In this document: one piece after another, positions 41,852 to 51,501 of the stretch | Numbering within the stretch: position 1 is the stretch's first letter | Layout of the letters: every line of letters begins with the position of its first letter | Source: Deinococcus sp. | GTDB lineage: Bacteria; Deinococcota; Deinococci; Deinococcales; Deinococcaceae | NCBI GenBank assembly: GCA_965261005.1 | Contig: OZ253375.1 | Location: forward strand, 2,144,001-2,208,000 | Length of the DNA stretch: 64,000 bases | Direction: 5' to 3' | Notes under the pieces: generated by a model | Databases searched by the model: none | What the model was told of the DNA's origin: nothing | Seen by the model: only the letters and a program-made list of their open reading frames with translations | Made by a program: the position numbers and the translations under genes

Positions 41852-43597
41852 TTATTCGCCGTCTTCCCTGACCGGCAACTCGGCGCGCGCGCTCAAACGG
41901 ACGAAGGCGACCACCACCTGGGGATCGAACATTTTTCCGGCCTGTTCCTGCACAAAGGCGAGCGCCTCGGGCAGGGTCCAGGGCTGTTTGTAGGGCCGCT
42001 CGCTGATCAGGGCGTCGAAGGCGTCCACCACGCTGACGATGCGGCCGGAAAGGGGAATCGCCTCGCCGCTGAGGCCCGCCGGGTAGCCGCCGCCGTCCCA
42101 GCGCTCGTGGTGGGTCAGGGCGATCTCGCCGGCCAGGCGCAGCAGCGGCGAGTGGCCGCGCGCCAGCATGCGCGCCCCCAGCGTGGTGTGGCCGCGCATC
42201 ACGGTCCACTCCGCCGCGTCGAGTTGGCCGCGCTTGAACAGGATGCCGTCCGCGATGCCGATCTTGCCGATGTCGTGCAGGCGCGCCGCCAGCCCAAGGT
42301 CGCGCGCCCGCTCCGTCTCAAGGCCGACTTCGCGGGCCAGCAGCGCCGCCGTCTCGGCGACCCAGCGGACGTGCGGCCCCAGCGGCGCGTCGCGAAACTC
42401 GGCCGCGCCCGCGAGCAAATCGAGCATCTCGACTTGGGCGGCATCCAACTGGGTGGTGCGCTCGGCCACCAAGGCGCGCAGCTCCTCGTTGCGCGCGCGC
42501 TGCTGTTCGGCCTCTGTTCGGGTGCGCCGCAGGTCGAGCCGCGCCGCCACGGCCAAGGTGCTGAGCTTTGAGGCTTCCGAGTGCCGCGCGGCGCTGAGGT
42601 CGTGCCAACGCCGGTGGTGGAGCAGGGCCGCGCGCCAATCGCCCAGATTTTCAAAGGCGCGCGACAAGTGAACGTGCAGCTCGGCCTGCATACTGGCCGG
42701 CGCGCCAACCTGCTCGCCGAGGTGCAGGGCGCGCGCGAAGAGTTCGGCGGCGGGCGCCGCCTCGCCACGCGTGAGAGCCACTTGCCCCAATACGCCCGCG
42801 CCGAGCGCCTCCAAGCGGCGGTCGCCCAATTGACCGGCGCGCGTGAGTGCGCGGCGCGCGGCGTCGGCGGCCGGCTCGGGATAGCCCAGACCCAAGTAGG
42901 CGGCGCCCAGCCAGAGCAGCGCCTCGGCGAACAGCCCGTCGTCGCCGAGCTGCTGGCCGCAGTGAGCGGCCAGCTCCAGCGACTTGCCCGCCTCCAGGTA
43001 AAGGGCGCGGTCGTGCGGCGCCTGCCGGGCGCGCCGAAGTTGAAGCGCGCCGATGTGCAGGTGGGTTTGCCCGAGGCCGCGCTGATCGCCCAACTCATGG
43101 CGCACCTGCAAGTGCGACTGGTGGTAGGCCAGCGCCCGCTCGTCGTCGCCCAACTCTTGGTAGACTGCCGCGATCTGCTCCAACACCGCGACCTCGTCGG
43201 CGCGGTTCCCGGCTTCGCGCGTGAGGCGCAAGCTCAGCTCCAGGTACTCCAGCGCCTCGCGGAAGTTGGCCATGCCGAGTTGGCTGCGCGCGGCGGCGCG
43301 CCAGATGTCGGCTTGGCGCCGCTCGCGCCCCGGCGCGCACAGCGCCACGGCCTCCAGATACGCCGCGAGGGCCTGCGCGTGGTCGCCGAGGGCGTGATGC
43401 AGCTCGCCCACCAGGGTCATGGCCTCCGACAACAGGTCGTCGTCGTGGGCTTCACGCGCCAGGTCGGCGGCCTCGTGCGCCCGCGCCAAGGCCTGTGCCG
43501 GTTGGTGCTGGGCTTCCCGCCGGCAAAGGGCCAACAGCGCCCGCACGCGCCCGCTGAGCTTGGCGCGTTTGATTTCGGCGGCGGAACGGGCGGGCAT
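41852..43597 (-). CDS. TPR-repeat HD-GYP phosphodiesterase
   Basis: N-terminal TPRs; HDIGK, HHERWDGGGYP, DAFDAL..RPYK. Confidence 0.92.
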   Translation of the reverse strand: MPARSAAEIKRAKLSGRVRALLALCRREAQHQPAQALARAHEAADLAREAHDDDLLSEAMTLVGELHHALGDHAQALAAYLEAVALCAPGRERRQADIWRAAARSQLGMANFREALEYLELSLRLTREAGNRADEVAVLEQIAAVYQELGDDERALAYHQSHLQVRHELGDQRGLGQTHLHIGALQLRRARQAPHDRALYLEAGKSLELAAHCGQQLGDDGLFAEALLWLGAAYLGLGYPEPAADAARRALTRAGQLGDRRLEALGAGVLGQVALTRGEAAPAAELFARALHLGEQVGAPASMQAELHVHLSRAFENLGDWRAALLHHRRWHDLSAARHSEASKLSTLAVAARLDLRRTRTEAEQQRARNEELRALVAERTTQLDAAQVEMLDLLAGAAEFRDAPLGPHVRWVAETAALLAREVGLETERARDLGLAARLHDIGKIGIADGILFKRGQLDAAEWTVMRGHTTLGARMLARGHSPLLRLAGEIALTHHERWDGGGYPAGLSGEAIPLSGRIVSVVDAFDALISERPYKQPWTLPEALAFVQEQAGKMFDPQVVVAFVRLSARAELPVREDGE

Positions 43598-43779
43598 TTA
43601 CCGTTCCATCATGACATGCTCACGTAGTCAAGTGTGGTGACGCCCAAAAGCCGGACCGGCCGAACTGGGTACAATGTGAAGCGTCCCGCCGGGAACTTCG
43701 CGAGACCCGCGTTGGGTTCCTCGCCCGCTTTTTTGATTCCCTCTTCGAGTTCAGTCGTTTCCTGTCCCTTGGAGGACTT

Positions 43780-45474
43780 ATGCACAGCACCATGATGGAC
43801 GTTCCGCTGACCTTGCCGCGCGTGCTCGAATACGTCGGGCAGAGCTTTCCAGGGGGCGAGGTGGTCAGCTTGTTGCCGGTGGGCCTGGACGAGGCCGGCA
43901 AGCCCGTGCCGGGCGTTCACCGCTCGACCTACGCCGACTTGTACGCCCGGTCGCGTCAGCTCGCCGCCGCCTTGCTGGCGGAGGGGTTGCGGGGCGGCGA
44001 CCGGGTGGCCACCCTGGCCACCAACAGCTACCGCCACTTGGAGGCCTACTTCGGCGTGCCGTGCGCGGGCCTGGTGCTGCACACCGTCAACATCCGGCTG
44101 CACCCCGAGCAGATCGTGTACATCATCAACCACGCCCAGGACAAGGTGCTCCTCATTGACAACGTGCTGGCGCGCCTGCTGCCGGACATCCTGCCGCACT
44201 GTCCCAGCTTGCAGCGGGTGGTAATCCTTGGCCGGGCGCCGCAGCCGATTCCGGGCAGCGTGGACTACGACGCCTGGATCGCCGGGCACGACGCCGAAAA
44301 CTTCGTGTATCCCGACATCGACGAGCGCGCGCCGCTGGGCATGTGCTACACCTCGGGCACGACCGGGAACCCCAAGGGCGTGGTGTACTCGCACCGCTCG
44401 ACGGTGCTGCACAGCCTGGCCATCACGCTGCCCAGCGGCCTCTCGCTTTCTCCCAGCGACAAGGTGCTGCCGGTGGTGCCAATGTTTCACGTGATGGCCT
44501 GGGGCTATCCCTGGGCGGTCCCCATGATCGGCGCGGACCTGGCCCTCGCCAGCGTGTTCAGCGACGGCCCGACCCTGGCGAAGTTCATGCAAGACGAGCG
44601 CGTCACCACCACGGCGGGCGTGCCGACCATCTGGATGGGCCTGCTTGCGGAGTTGCAACGCGCGCGGGCGGCGGGCACGCCTTACGACCTGAGCGTTCTC
44701 AAGGCCCTGGTGGTCGGCGGCAGCGCCGCGCCCGAGGCCATGATCCGCGCCTTTGATGACCTCGGCCTCACCGCACTGCACGCTTGGGGCATGACCGAGA
44801 CCAGCCCATTTGGCACCGCCTCGCACCTACCCACCCATGTGGACCCGTACAGCGACGAGGGCTACCGCGAGCGCGCCAAGCAGGGCCGCGCCCCCTTTAT
44901 GGTGGGATTGCGCCTCGTGGACGACCAGAACCGCGAGCTGCCACACGACGGCAAGACCATGGGTCGCCTGCTGATTCGCGGTCCGTGGGTCAGCGGAGGG
45001 TACTACCGCGACGAGGCTGCCAGCGAGGCCGCGCGCTTAGAGTTGGACGGTCCCTTCGGCCGGGAAACGTGGTTCGACACCGGCGACATCGCCACCCTGG
45101 ACGCGCGCGGCACCATGAGCATTCAGGACCGCGCCAAGGACTTGGTCAAGTCGGGCGGCGAGTGGATCTCCTCGGTGGACTTGGAAAACGCCCTCATGGC
45201 TCACCCGGCGGTGGCGCAGGCCGCCGTGATCGGCGTGCGTGACCCCAAGTGGGACGAGCGCCCGCTGGCGGTGGTCGTCAAAAAGGACGGCGCCGAGGTC
45301 ACGCCGGAAGAATTGCGCGCCTTTTTGGAACCCCGCTTTGCCAAGTGGTGGCTGCCCGACGGCTACGCCTTTGTGGACAGCATTCCCATCGGCTCCACCG
45401 GCAAGTTCATGAAGCGCGAATTGCGCGACCAGTTCGAGGGGTATGAGTTGCAGGAGGTAGGGAGCCGGGAGTAG
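43780..45474 (+). CDS. Fatty-acyl-CoA ligase (AlkK-like)
   Basis: YTSGTTGNPKG, WGMTET, TGD, DRAKDLVKSGGEWISS, PKWDERP. Confidence 0.93.
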   Translation: MHSTMMDVPLTLPRVLEYVGQSFPGGEVVSLLPVGLDEAGKPVPGVHRSTYADLYARSRQLAAALLAEGLRGGDRVATLATNSYRHLEAYFGVPCAGLVLHTVNIRLHPEQIVYIINHAQDKVLLIDNVLARLLPDILPHCPSLQRVVILGRAPQPIPGSVDYDAWIAGHDAENFVYPDIDERAPLGMCYTSGTTGNPKGVVYSHRSTVLHSLAITLPSGLSLSPSDKVLPVVPMFHVMAWGYPWAVPMIGADLALASVFSDGPTLAKFMQDERVTTTAGVPTIWMGLLAELQRARAAGTPYDLSVLKALVVGGSAAPEAMIRAFDDLGLTALHAWGMTETSPFGTASHLPTHVDPYSDEGYRERAKQGRAPFMVGLRLVDDQNRELPHDGKTMGRLLIRGPWVSGGYYRDEAASEAARLELDGPFGRETWFDTGDIATLDARGTMSIQDRAKDLVKSGGEWISSVDLENALMAHPAVAQAAVIGVRDPKWDERPLAVVVKKDGAEVTPEELRAFLEPRFAKWWLPDGYAFVDSIPIGSTGKFMKRELRDQFEGYELQEVGSRE

Positions 45475-45477
45475 GTC

Positions 45478-46314
45478 GTGGGCTGGCTTTGGCTGGCCCT
45501 CGACGGCGTCGGTCATCCGCAGGACGCCCCGCCGGGCAGCCCCTGGGAAACGGACCTGCCCACCCTGCGCCCCCTGGTAGACGCCGGACAGGCCGTAGAC
45601 GCCCGGCTGGGCTTCGGCGGCCTGCCACAGTCGGCGACCGGGCAGACCAGCTGGCTGACGGGACAAAACGCGGCGGCCGTGATGGGAGGGCACTACGGCC
45701 CCCGGCCCGGTCCGACCTTGCGCCCGCTGCTGGCGGAGGGCCTGCCGGTTCGCCTGGTGCGGGCGGGCGGACGGGCTGAACTGCTGAACGGATATGTGCC
45801 CGCCTACTTTGTGCGCGAGGCGCGCGGGCGCAATCCGCACGGCTGCTTTCCCCTCAGCGTTCTGCTGGCCGGGCGCACGCTGAACCCGCCGGGTTGGCCC
45901 CTCGTCGCGCCGCCGCTGGGCCTGGACTTCGCGCCCCCCTTCGCGGCGACGGGCGGCCTGGACGAGCTGCGCCGCTTGGGCGAGCGGGTGGGCGAGCGTG
46001 CCGGGGACGCCGACCTGCTGCTGCTCGACTTGTGGTTCTCGGACGTGCTGGGCCATAGGGGGGGGCCGGGCGAGCGCCCGGGGCTGCACGCGGCGGCCCG
46101 CGCCTACCTGGAGCGGTTGGACGCGCTGCTGGAGGGCATGCTGACCGTGGGCGCCGGGGTGATCCTGACCTCCGACCACGGCAACTTCGAAGACCTCTCG
46201 GTCAAGTCGCACACCTCAGCGCGGGTGCCCTTTGCGGGCGCCGGCGTGGCGCTGCCGCCGGTACAGGACATCGTGGGGGGCGGGCGGGCCATTGCCGGTC
46301 TGTTCGGCTTGTAG
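45478..46314 (+). CDS. Alkaline-phosphatase-superfamily metalloenzyme (phosphoglycerate mutase-related)
   Basis: [26 protein letters not shown] metal motifs. Confidence 0.8.
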   Translation: MGWLWLALDGVGHPQDAPPGSPWETDLPTLRPLVDAGQAVDARLGFGGLPQSATGQTSWLTGQNAAAVMGGHYGPRPGPTLRPLLAEGLPVRLVRAGGRAELLNGYVPAYFVREARGRNPHGCFPLSVLLAGRTLNPPGWPLVAPPLGLDFAPPFAATGGLDELRRLGERVGERAGDADLLLLDLWFSDVLGHRGGPGERPGLHAAARAYLERLDALLEGMLTVGAGVILTSDHGNFEDLSVKSHTSARVPFAGAGVALPPVQDIVGGGRAIAGLFGL

Positions 46315-46323
46315 CATGCGGCC

Positions 46324-46722
46324 ATGACGCAGCTCACCAAGTACTTGGCCCTGGACGTGAGCAAGAACCGCGTCGGCTTCGCGGTGAACTTGGGCAAACT
46401 GGTCTTCGGGCGCGGCTCCTATGAGCGCCGCAAGCATGCCAGGGACATCGTCGCCGTGCTGGCCAAGCTGAAGGAGGAGAACGCTCAAGCCCTGGTGCTG
46501 GGCCTGCCGCTCCGCACCGACGGCCAGCCGTCCATCAGCGCCCAGCGGGTGCGCTCGTTTGGCTTCGACCTCGTGCGGGCCGGCGCGCAGGTCTACTACC
46601 AGGACGAGCGCTTCAGCACGAGGCGCGCCCGCGAACTGGGCGCCAGCGACCTCGACGAGGCGGCGGCCGTGGAGATTTTGACGCTGTTTTTACAACACGC
46701 GGGCGAGAACGTGGACGGGTAG
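46324..46722 (+). CDS. ruvX: YqgF/RuvX-family nuclease
   Basis: LALDVSKNRVGFA, VLGLP, DERFST, DEAAA. Confidence 0.92.
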   Translation: MTQLTKYLALDVSKNRVGFAVNLGKLVFGRGSYERRKHARDIVAVLAKLKEENAQALVLGLPLRTDGQPSISAQRVRSFGFDLVRAGAQVYYQDERFSTRRARELGASDLDEAAAVEILTLFLQHAGENVDG

Positions 46723-46740
46723 GGGAGGCGGGCAAGGGAA

Positions 46741-46762
46741 AGGGAGGGTTTGAAACCCTCCC

Positions 46763-46763
<1 letters not shown>
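46741..46763. terminator. Hairpin between convergent genes
   Basis: GGGAGGGTTT-G-AAACCCTCCC palindrome. Confidence 0.55.
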
Positions 46764-47335
<572 letters not shown>

Positions 47336-47344
47336 GGCCTTAAC

Positions 47345-48160
47345 CTACTGGTTCTTGGTGACGATGTACACGTCCAGCATCTTGTCCGGCTGGGCCGTGG
47401 CGTAGTCCGCCGACTGCGGGTCCACCTTCTTGATCTTGTCCAGCACGCCCAGGCCCTCGACCACCTTGCCGAAGACGGTGTATTGCCCGTCGAGGTTCGG
47501 CGCGGCGGCAAGGGTGATGTAGAACTGGCTGCCGCCCGAGTTGGGGTCCGCCGCGCGGGCCATGCCCAGCACGCCCTTGGCGTCGAAGTTGTACTTCTGG
47601 CGCACTTCCAGCGGAATCGAGTAGCCGGGGCCGCCGGCGCCCCAGGCCGCGCGGTCACCTTTCAAGGTGTTGGGATCGCCGCCCTGCACCACGAAGCCGT
47701 CCAGCACCCGGTGAAACAGCTGGCCGTCGTAGAACTTGTGGCGCGCCAGCCAGATAAAGGAGTTGGTGGTGGTCGGCACGTCCTCGTAGAGGTCCATGAC
47801 CATCTGTCCCTCGCTCGTGTCAATCACGGCGGCGTAATCTTGGCCGTCCTCCAACTGATTGGCCGGCGCCTTCGCGAAGGTCAGCGTCGGCTTGGCGCTC
47901 AAGTCGGGCAGACGGGTGTAGCCCGCCGGCACCGGGCCGGGTTTGGCCGCCGTCGCCGGCGTGGTGGCCGGCGCGGCGGCTGGGGTGTCGGTCGCGGCCT
48001 GGTTGATGGCCGCCTCCGCCGCGTTTTGGCCACTGGCGCTTTCGGCCGTGGTGGTGGTGGTGTCGGTGGCGGTCGTGTTCTTCTTACAGCCCAGCAGCAG
48101 GGCGGGCAAGAGCAGGGCCAGCGCGGCGAGGCGCGCGTAACCAGAAAAGTCAGTTCTCAC
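47345..48160 (-). CDS. Cyclophilin-type peptidyl-prolyl isomerase, lipoprotein
   Basis: LLGC lipobox, Thr/Ala linker, FHRVLDGFVVQGGDP, GSQFYIT; GTG start 7 nt after TAGACT. Confidence 0.9.
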   Translation of the reverse strand: MRTDFSGYARLAALALLLPALLLGCKKNTTATDTTTTTAESASGQNAAEAAINQAATDTPAAAPATTPATAAKPGPVPAGYTRLPDLSAKPTLTFAKAPANQLEDGQDYAAVIDTSEGQMVMDLYEDVPTTTNSFIWLARHKFYDGQLFHRVLDGFVVQGGDPNTLKGDRAAWGAGGPGYSIPLEVRQKYNFDAKGVLGMARAADPNSGGSQFYITLAAAPNLDGQYTVFGKVVEGLGVLDKIKKVDPQSADYATAQPDKMLDVYIVTKNQ

Positions 48161-48257
48161 ACCCGGCAGTCTAGCCCGCCTCCTCATGAAAAAAGCCAAG
48201 CCGCCAGATCGCGCCGCCCGGTTCGCAACGGCCCCGGCACAAGCTAGAATCTGAACC

Positions 48258-48881
48258 GTGATCGTGACGATAGACGGCGTGGCCGCCTCCGGCAAGTCCA
48301 GCGTGGCCGCCCGCGTCGCCCGCGAACTGGGCTATCCCTTTGTCAGCAGCGGCCTGTTGTACCGCGCGGCGGCGCGTCTCGCGCTGCGTGAGAACCTGGG
48401 CCTCGGCGACGAGGCGGCGCTGCTCGACTTGCTGCGCCGCGCCGCGCCCGAACTGCGCCCCTCGGCCGGCGGCAACCAGGTGTGGTGCTCGGGGCGTGAC
48501 CTGACGCCCGAGCTGCACACCGCCGAGGTGGACGCCGCCGTGTCGCGCGTGGCCCACTTTCCCGCGCTGCGCGCTTGGGTGAACGCGCAGCTGCGCGGCC
48601 TGCCCGAGCCGTTGGTGGCCGAGGGCCGCGACATGGGCACGGCGGTCTTTCCGCAGGCCGGGGCCAAGTTCTACCTGACCGCCTCGCCACGGGTGCGCGC
48701 GAGGCGGCGCCTCGGCGAGCGCGCCGGGGCCGACGTGAACGCGGTCGAGCTGGCCCTGCGCGAGCGCGACACCCGCGATCAGGCCCAATCGCGTCCCGCC
48801 CCCGACGCCCAAGTGCTTGACACCAGCGAGCTGAGCTTAGAAAGCGTGGTCGAGCGGATTCTGCGGACGGTGCGGGCGTGA
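48258..48881 (+). CDS. cmk: Cytidylate kinase
   Basis: [34 protein letters not shown]. Confidence 0.95.
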   Translation: MIVTIDGVAASGKSSVAARVARELGYPFVSSGLLYRAAARLALRENLGLGDEAALLDLLRRAAPELRPSAGGNQVWCSGRDLTPELHTAEVDAAVSRVAHFPALRAWVNAQLRGLPEPLVAEGRDMGTAVFPQAGAKFYLTASPRVRARRRLGERAGADVNAVELALRERDTRDQAQSRPAPDAQVLDTSELSLESVVERILRTVRA

Positions 48882-49465
48882 GTGGGGCGGTAAGCGCCGT
48901 TCAGGCGCGGCCCGTTCAAGGCTGGGCTTATAACCTGGTCTACTTCGCCACCGGCTTGCCGATGTACCTGGGCGGTGGCCTGACGGTGTACGGTCAGGAC
49001 TACGTGCCGCGTGCGGGGCGCGCCATCATCGCCGGCAACCACGTCACCGGCCTCGACCCCTTCGTGATCGCGCACGCCCTGCCGGGGCGCCGCATCCAGT
49101 ACATGGCCAAAAAGGAGCTGTTTGACAACAAGCTGCTGGCCCTCTTGATCGGCGCGGGCGGCAGCTTTCCGGTCGACCGAACGGGCAACGATGTAGGCGC
49201 CATTCGCACCTCACTGCGCATCTTGCAGTCGGAGCGCTTGTTGGGCATTTTTCCGCAGGGAACCCGCGGCGGCCGGCAGCTGCAAAGCGGCGTGGCGCTG
49301 CTGGCCCTCAAGGCAAAGGCGCCGGTGGTGCCCGCCTACGTGTGGTACGCGCGCTGGCGCTGGCATGTGCGCTTCGGGCCGCCGCTCGCGCCTGAGGGGA
49401 GCGTCAAGGAGCTGACCGAGCGGGTCGGGGAGCAGATTGAAAGATTAAGCTTGTCTTCACCTTAA
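48878..49465 (+). CDS. 1-acyl-sn-glycerol-3-phosphate acyltransferase (PlsC family)
   Basis: NHVTGLD (HX4D), MAKKELF, IFPQGTR. Confidence 0.9.
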   Translation: MSGAVSAVQARPVQGWAYNLVYFATGLPMYLGGGLTVYGQDYVPRAGRAIIAGNHVTGLDPFVIAHALPGRRIQYMAKKELFDNKLLALLIGAGGSFPVDRTGNDVGAIRTSLRILQSERLLGIFPQGTRGGRQLQSGVALLALKAKAPVVPAYVWYARWRWHVRFGPPLAPEGSVKELTERVGEQIERLSLSSP

Positions 49466-49578
49466 AAATCTTAGCCGGGCCTGAGTCATGCGTTAAAATT
49501 TCTCCGTCACGAGCGGCATCTTCGCCCGACCCCGCAGGGGCGTGTGAGAGTTCAACGGTTGCTTGTCATGGGGTGAAG

Positions 49579-51501
49579 ATGAATACAAGACTGATCGGAC
49601 TGGCCCTCTCCGGCGCCTTGCTGCTTGCGGCCTGCGGCGGCACCACGCCGCCGCCCAAGGACACGACGGCGCCCACCCTCACCTTGACGAACGCCCAGCA
49701 GGTCGCGCCGGGCGTCACCAGCGTCACTGTCACCGGCAAAGTCAGCGACGACCAGCCGGTGAGCGAGCTGGTGGCGGTCTATAGCGTGGACGGGGGAGTG
49801 CCCCAGCCCGTCACTATCCAGGCCGACGGCGGCTTTAGCTTCAGCGTGCCGCTGCCCGCCGGCAAGAGCGGCACGCTGATCGTCGTGGCCGTTACCGACC
49901 GGGCGGGCAACGCCACGACCGCCAACGAGACGATCACGCGCGCTCAAGTGCAGCCGGAACCGACCGTGACCTTCTCGGGCAGCGTCGTGGTTCAGCGCGC
50001 GGGCGAGGCGGTGGCTGGGGCGACCGTCAGGGTGGAGGGCAAGAACGCTCAGACCACCACTGACGCGGTGGGACGCTTCGCCTTCAAGGTGCCTGTCAGC
50101 GCCAAGGTCTTGCTGATCGAAAAGGCTGGCTACGGCACCGTGCGCGTCGAGAACATCGACACCTCGAACCCCCAGCCCCTTGAAGAGATCATGCCGCGCC
50201 TGTTCGACTTGAGCTTGCCCAGCGTGGCACCCACGGTCAAGCTGGAAGTGCAGACCAACCCGCAGGAGCCGGACCCAACCAAGGCAAAGTTCGCCGACTT
50301 TGGCGACGGCGCGACCATTGGCGACCAGAACCTGATTCTGAGGGCCACCGTCACCACCGCCTCCCCGGCGGTCAACCCACCCGACAGCGGTATCGCCTCG
50401 GTCGGTTCGAGCGCCGGCAACTCCGGCTACCTTAACGCTGGCCGGGTGCGCTCGGTGACGTCGGTGGCGGACGGCACGGGCCTGTTCGCGTTTGCCAAGA
50501 GCAGCTTTGCCGCCTTCAGCGGCACCGTCGAAGTTCACGTCAACATCTTCGACTTCAACGGCAACCACACCGACGTGATCCGCCGCGTCAAAGTGGGAAG
50601 CGCGGCGAGCGCGGCGGCGGTCGCGGCCCCCACCAAGGTCGCCCCGACGGCCATCACCTTCGCCGACACGGCGACCTTTGGCGCCCTGAGCAAAAATCCG
50701 GGCGCGGCCGGTTTGCTGAGGCAGTACCTGTCCACCCAGGACGCCAAGGCGTTGAACGCGCTACGGCCCGGCGCGGGGCAGGTCACGGCGCAGGGCGAGG
50801 GTGTGCGCCCGGACGCCGCCTCCCAAGGCACCGTGCTGTGGGTGGACGTGGGCTTCACCTATGATCCGGGGGCGACCGCCCCGCGCGCCTTTGAGTTGTA
50901 CCGCTCGCTGGACGGCCAGACCTACAACAAGGTGCTGACCGCCGCGCCCGCCCGCGTCAAGGTGCCCGTGCCGACGGGCCAGCCGGACCAGGGCCTCTAC
51001 ACCATTCGCGACACGTCCTCGCTGCTCACGCCGGGCGTCAAGACCTACTACAAGGTGCGCGCCGTCGGCGACGGAAACACCCAGGACTCGGGCGTGCAGA
51101 ACGTGACGCCGCTGGGCCGCTACCGCGTCGAGCTGGTTGCCCCCGGTCAGGCCGCGACCGGCGTGGACCGGATTCCGGTGTTTCGCTGGAGGACCTTCGG
51201 CGCCTCCAGCCAGGAGTTGCTGAAGGTGGTGGTCTTCGACCGGACCGAGGCCGAGGGCAAGACGACCCAGTACATCAGCGACCCCGTGCAGGGCAATGCG
51301 CTGATCTACAACGCGGACGGCCTCGCCCGCACGCCCCACTTGCAGGCGTATCACGCCTACGACTGGCAGCTGGCCGCCGTCACGGCCAACGCCGACGGCA
51401 CCGCGTTCTCGATTGCCGCAGACTTTTTCAACCTCTTTCAAATCACCGCGTTTCCCGTCGAGGGCGGCCCGGTCAACGAGTTCGTCACCGGAGGGCTGTG
51501 A
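49579..51501 (+). CDS. Multi-domain lipoprotein (Ig-like, carboxypeptidase-regulatory-like, FN3-like)
   Basis: LAAC lipobox; DTTAPTL...TDRAGN Ig-like unit; GATVRV...TTDAVGRF; ELYRS...YYKVRAV. Confidence 0.8.
   Translation: MNTRLIGLALSGALLLAACGGTTPPPKDTTAPTLTLTNAQQVAPGVTSVTVTGKVSDDQPVSELVAVYSVDGGVPQPVTIQADGGFSFSVPLPAGKSGTLIVVAVTDRAGNATTANETITRAQVQPEPTVTFSGSVVVQRAGEAVAGATVRVEGKNAQTTTDAVGRFAFKVPVSAKVLLIEKAGYGTVRVENIDTSNPQPLEEIMPRLFDLSLPSVAPTVKLEVQTNPQEPDPTKAKFADFGDGATIGDQNLILRATVTTASPAVNPPDSGIASVGSSAGNSGYLNAGRVRSVTSVADGTGLFAFAKSSFAAFSGTVEVHVNIFDFNGNHTDVIRRVKVGSAASAAAVAAPTKVAPTAITFADTATFGALSKNPGAAGLLRQYLSTQDAKALNALRPGAGQVTAQGEGVRPDAASQGTVLWVDVGFTYDPGATAPRAFELYRSLDGQTYNKVLTAAPARVKVPVPTGQPDQGLYTIRDTSSLLTPGVKTYYKVRAVGDGNTQDSGVQNVTPLGRYRVELVAPGQAATGVDRIPVFRWRTFGASSQELLKVVVFDRTEAEGKTTQYISDPVQGNALIYNADGLARTPHLQAYHAYDWQLAAVTANADGTAFSIAADFFNLFQITAFPVEGGPVNEFVTGGL

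Noticed and set aside
49440..49500. TTAA-type direct repeats as response-regulator boxes (similar tracts near 23975 and 55265)
   Set aside because: Too short and degenerate to support without comparative data
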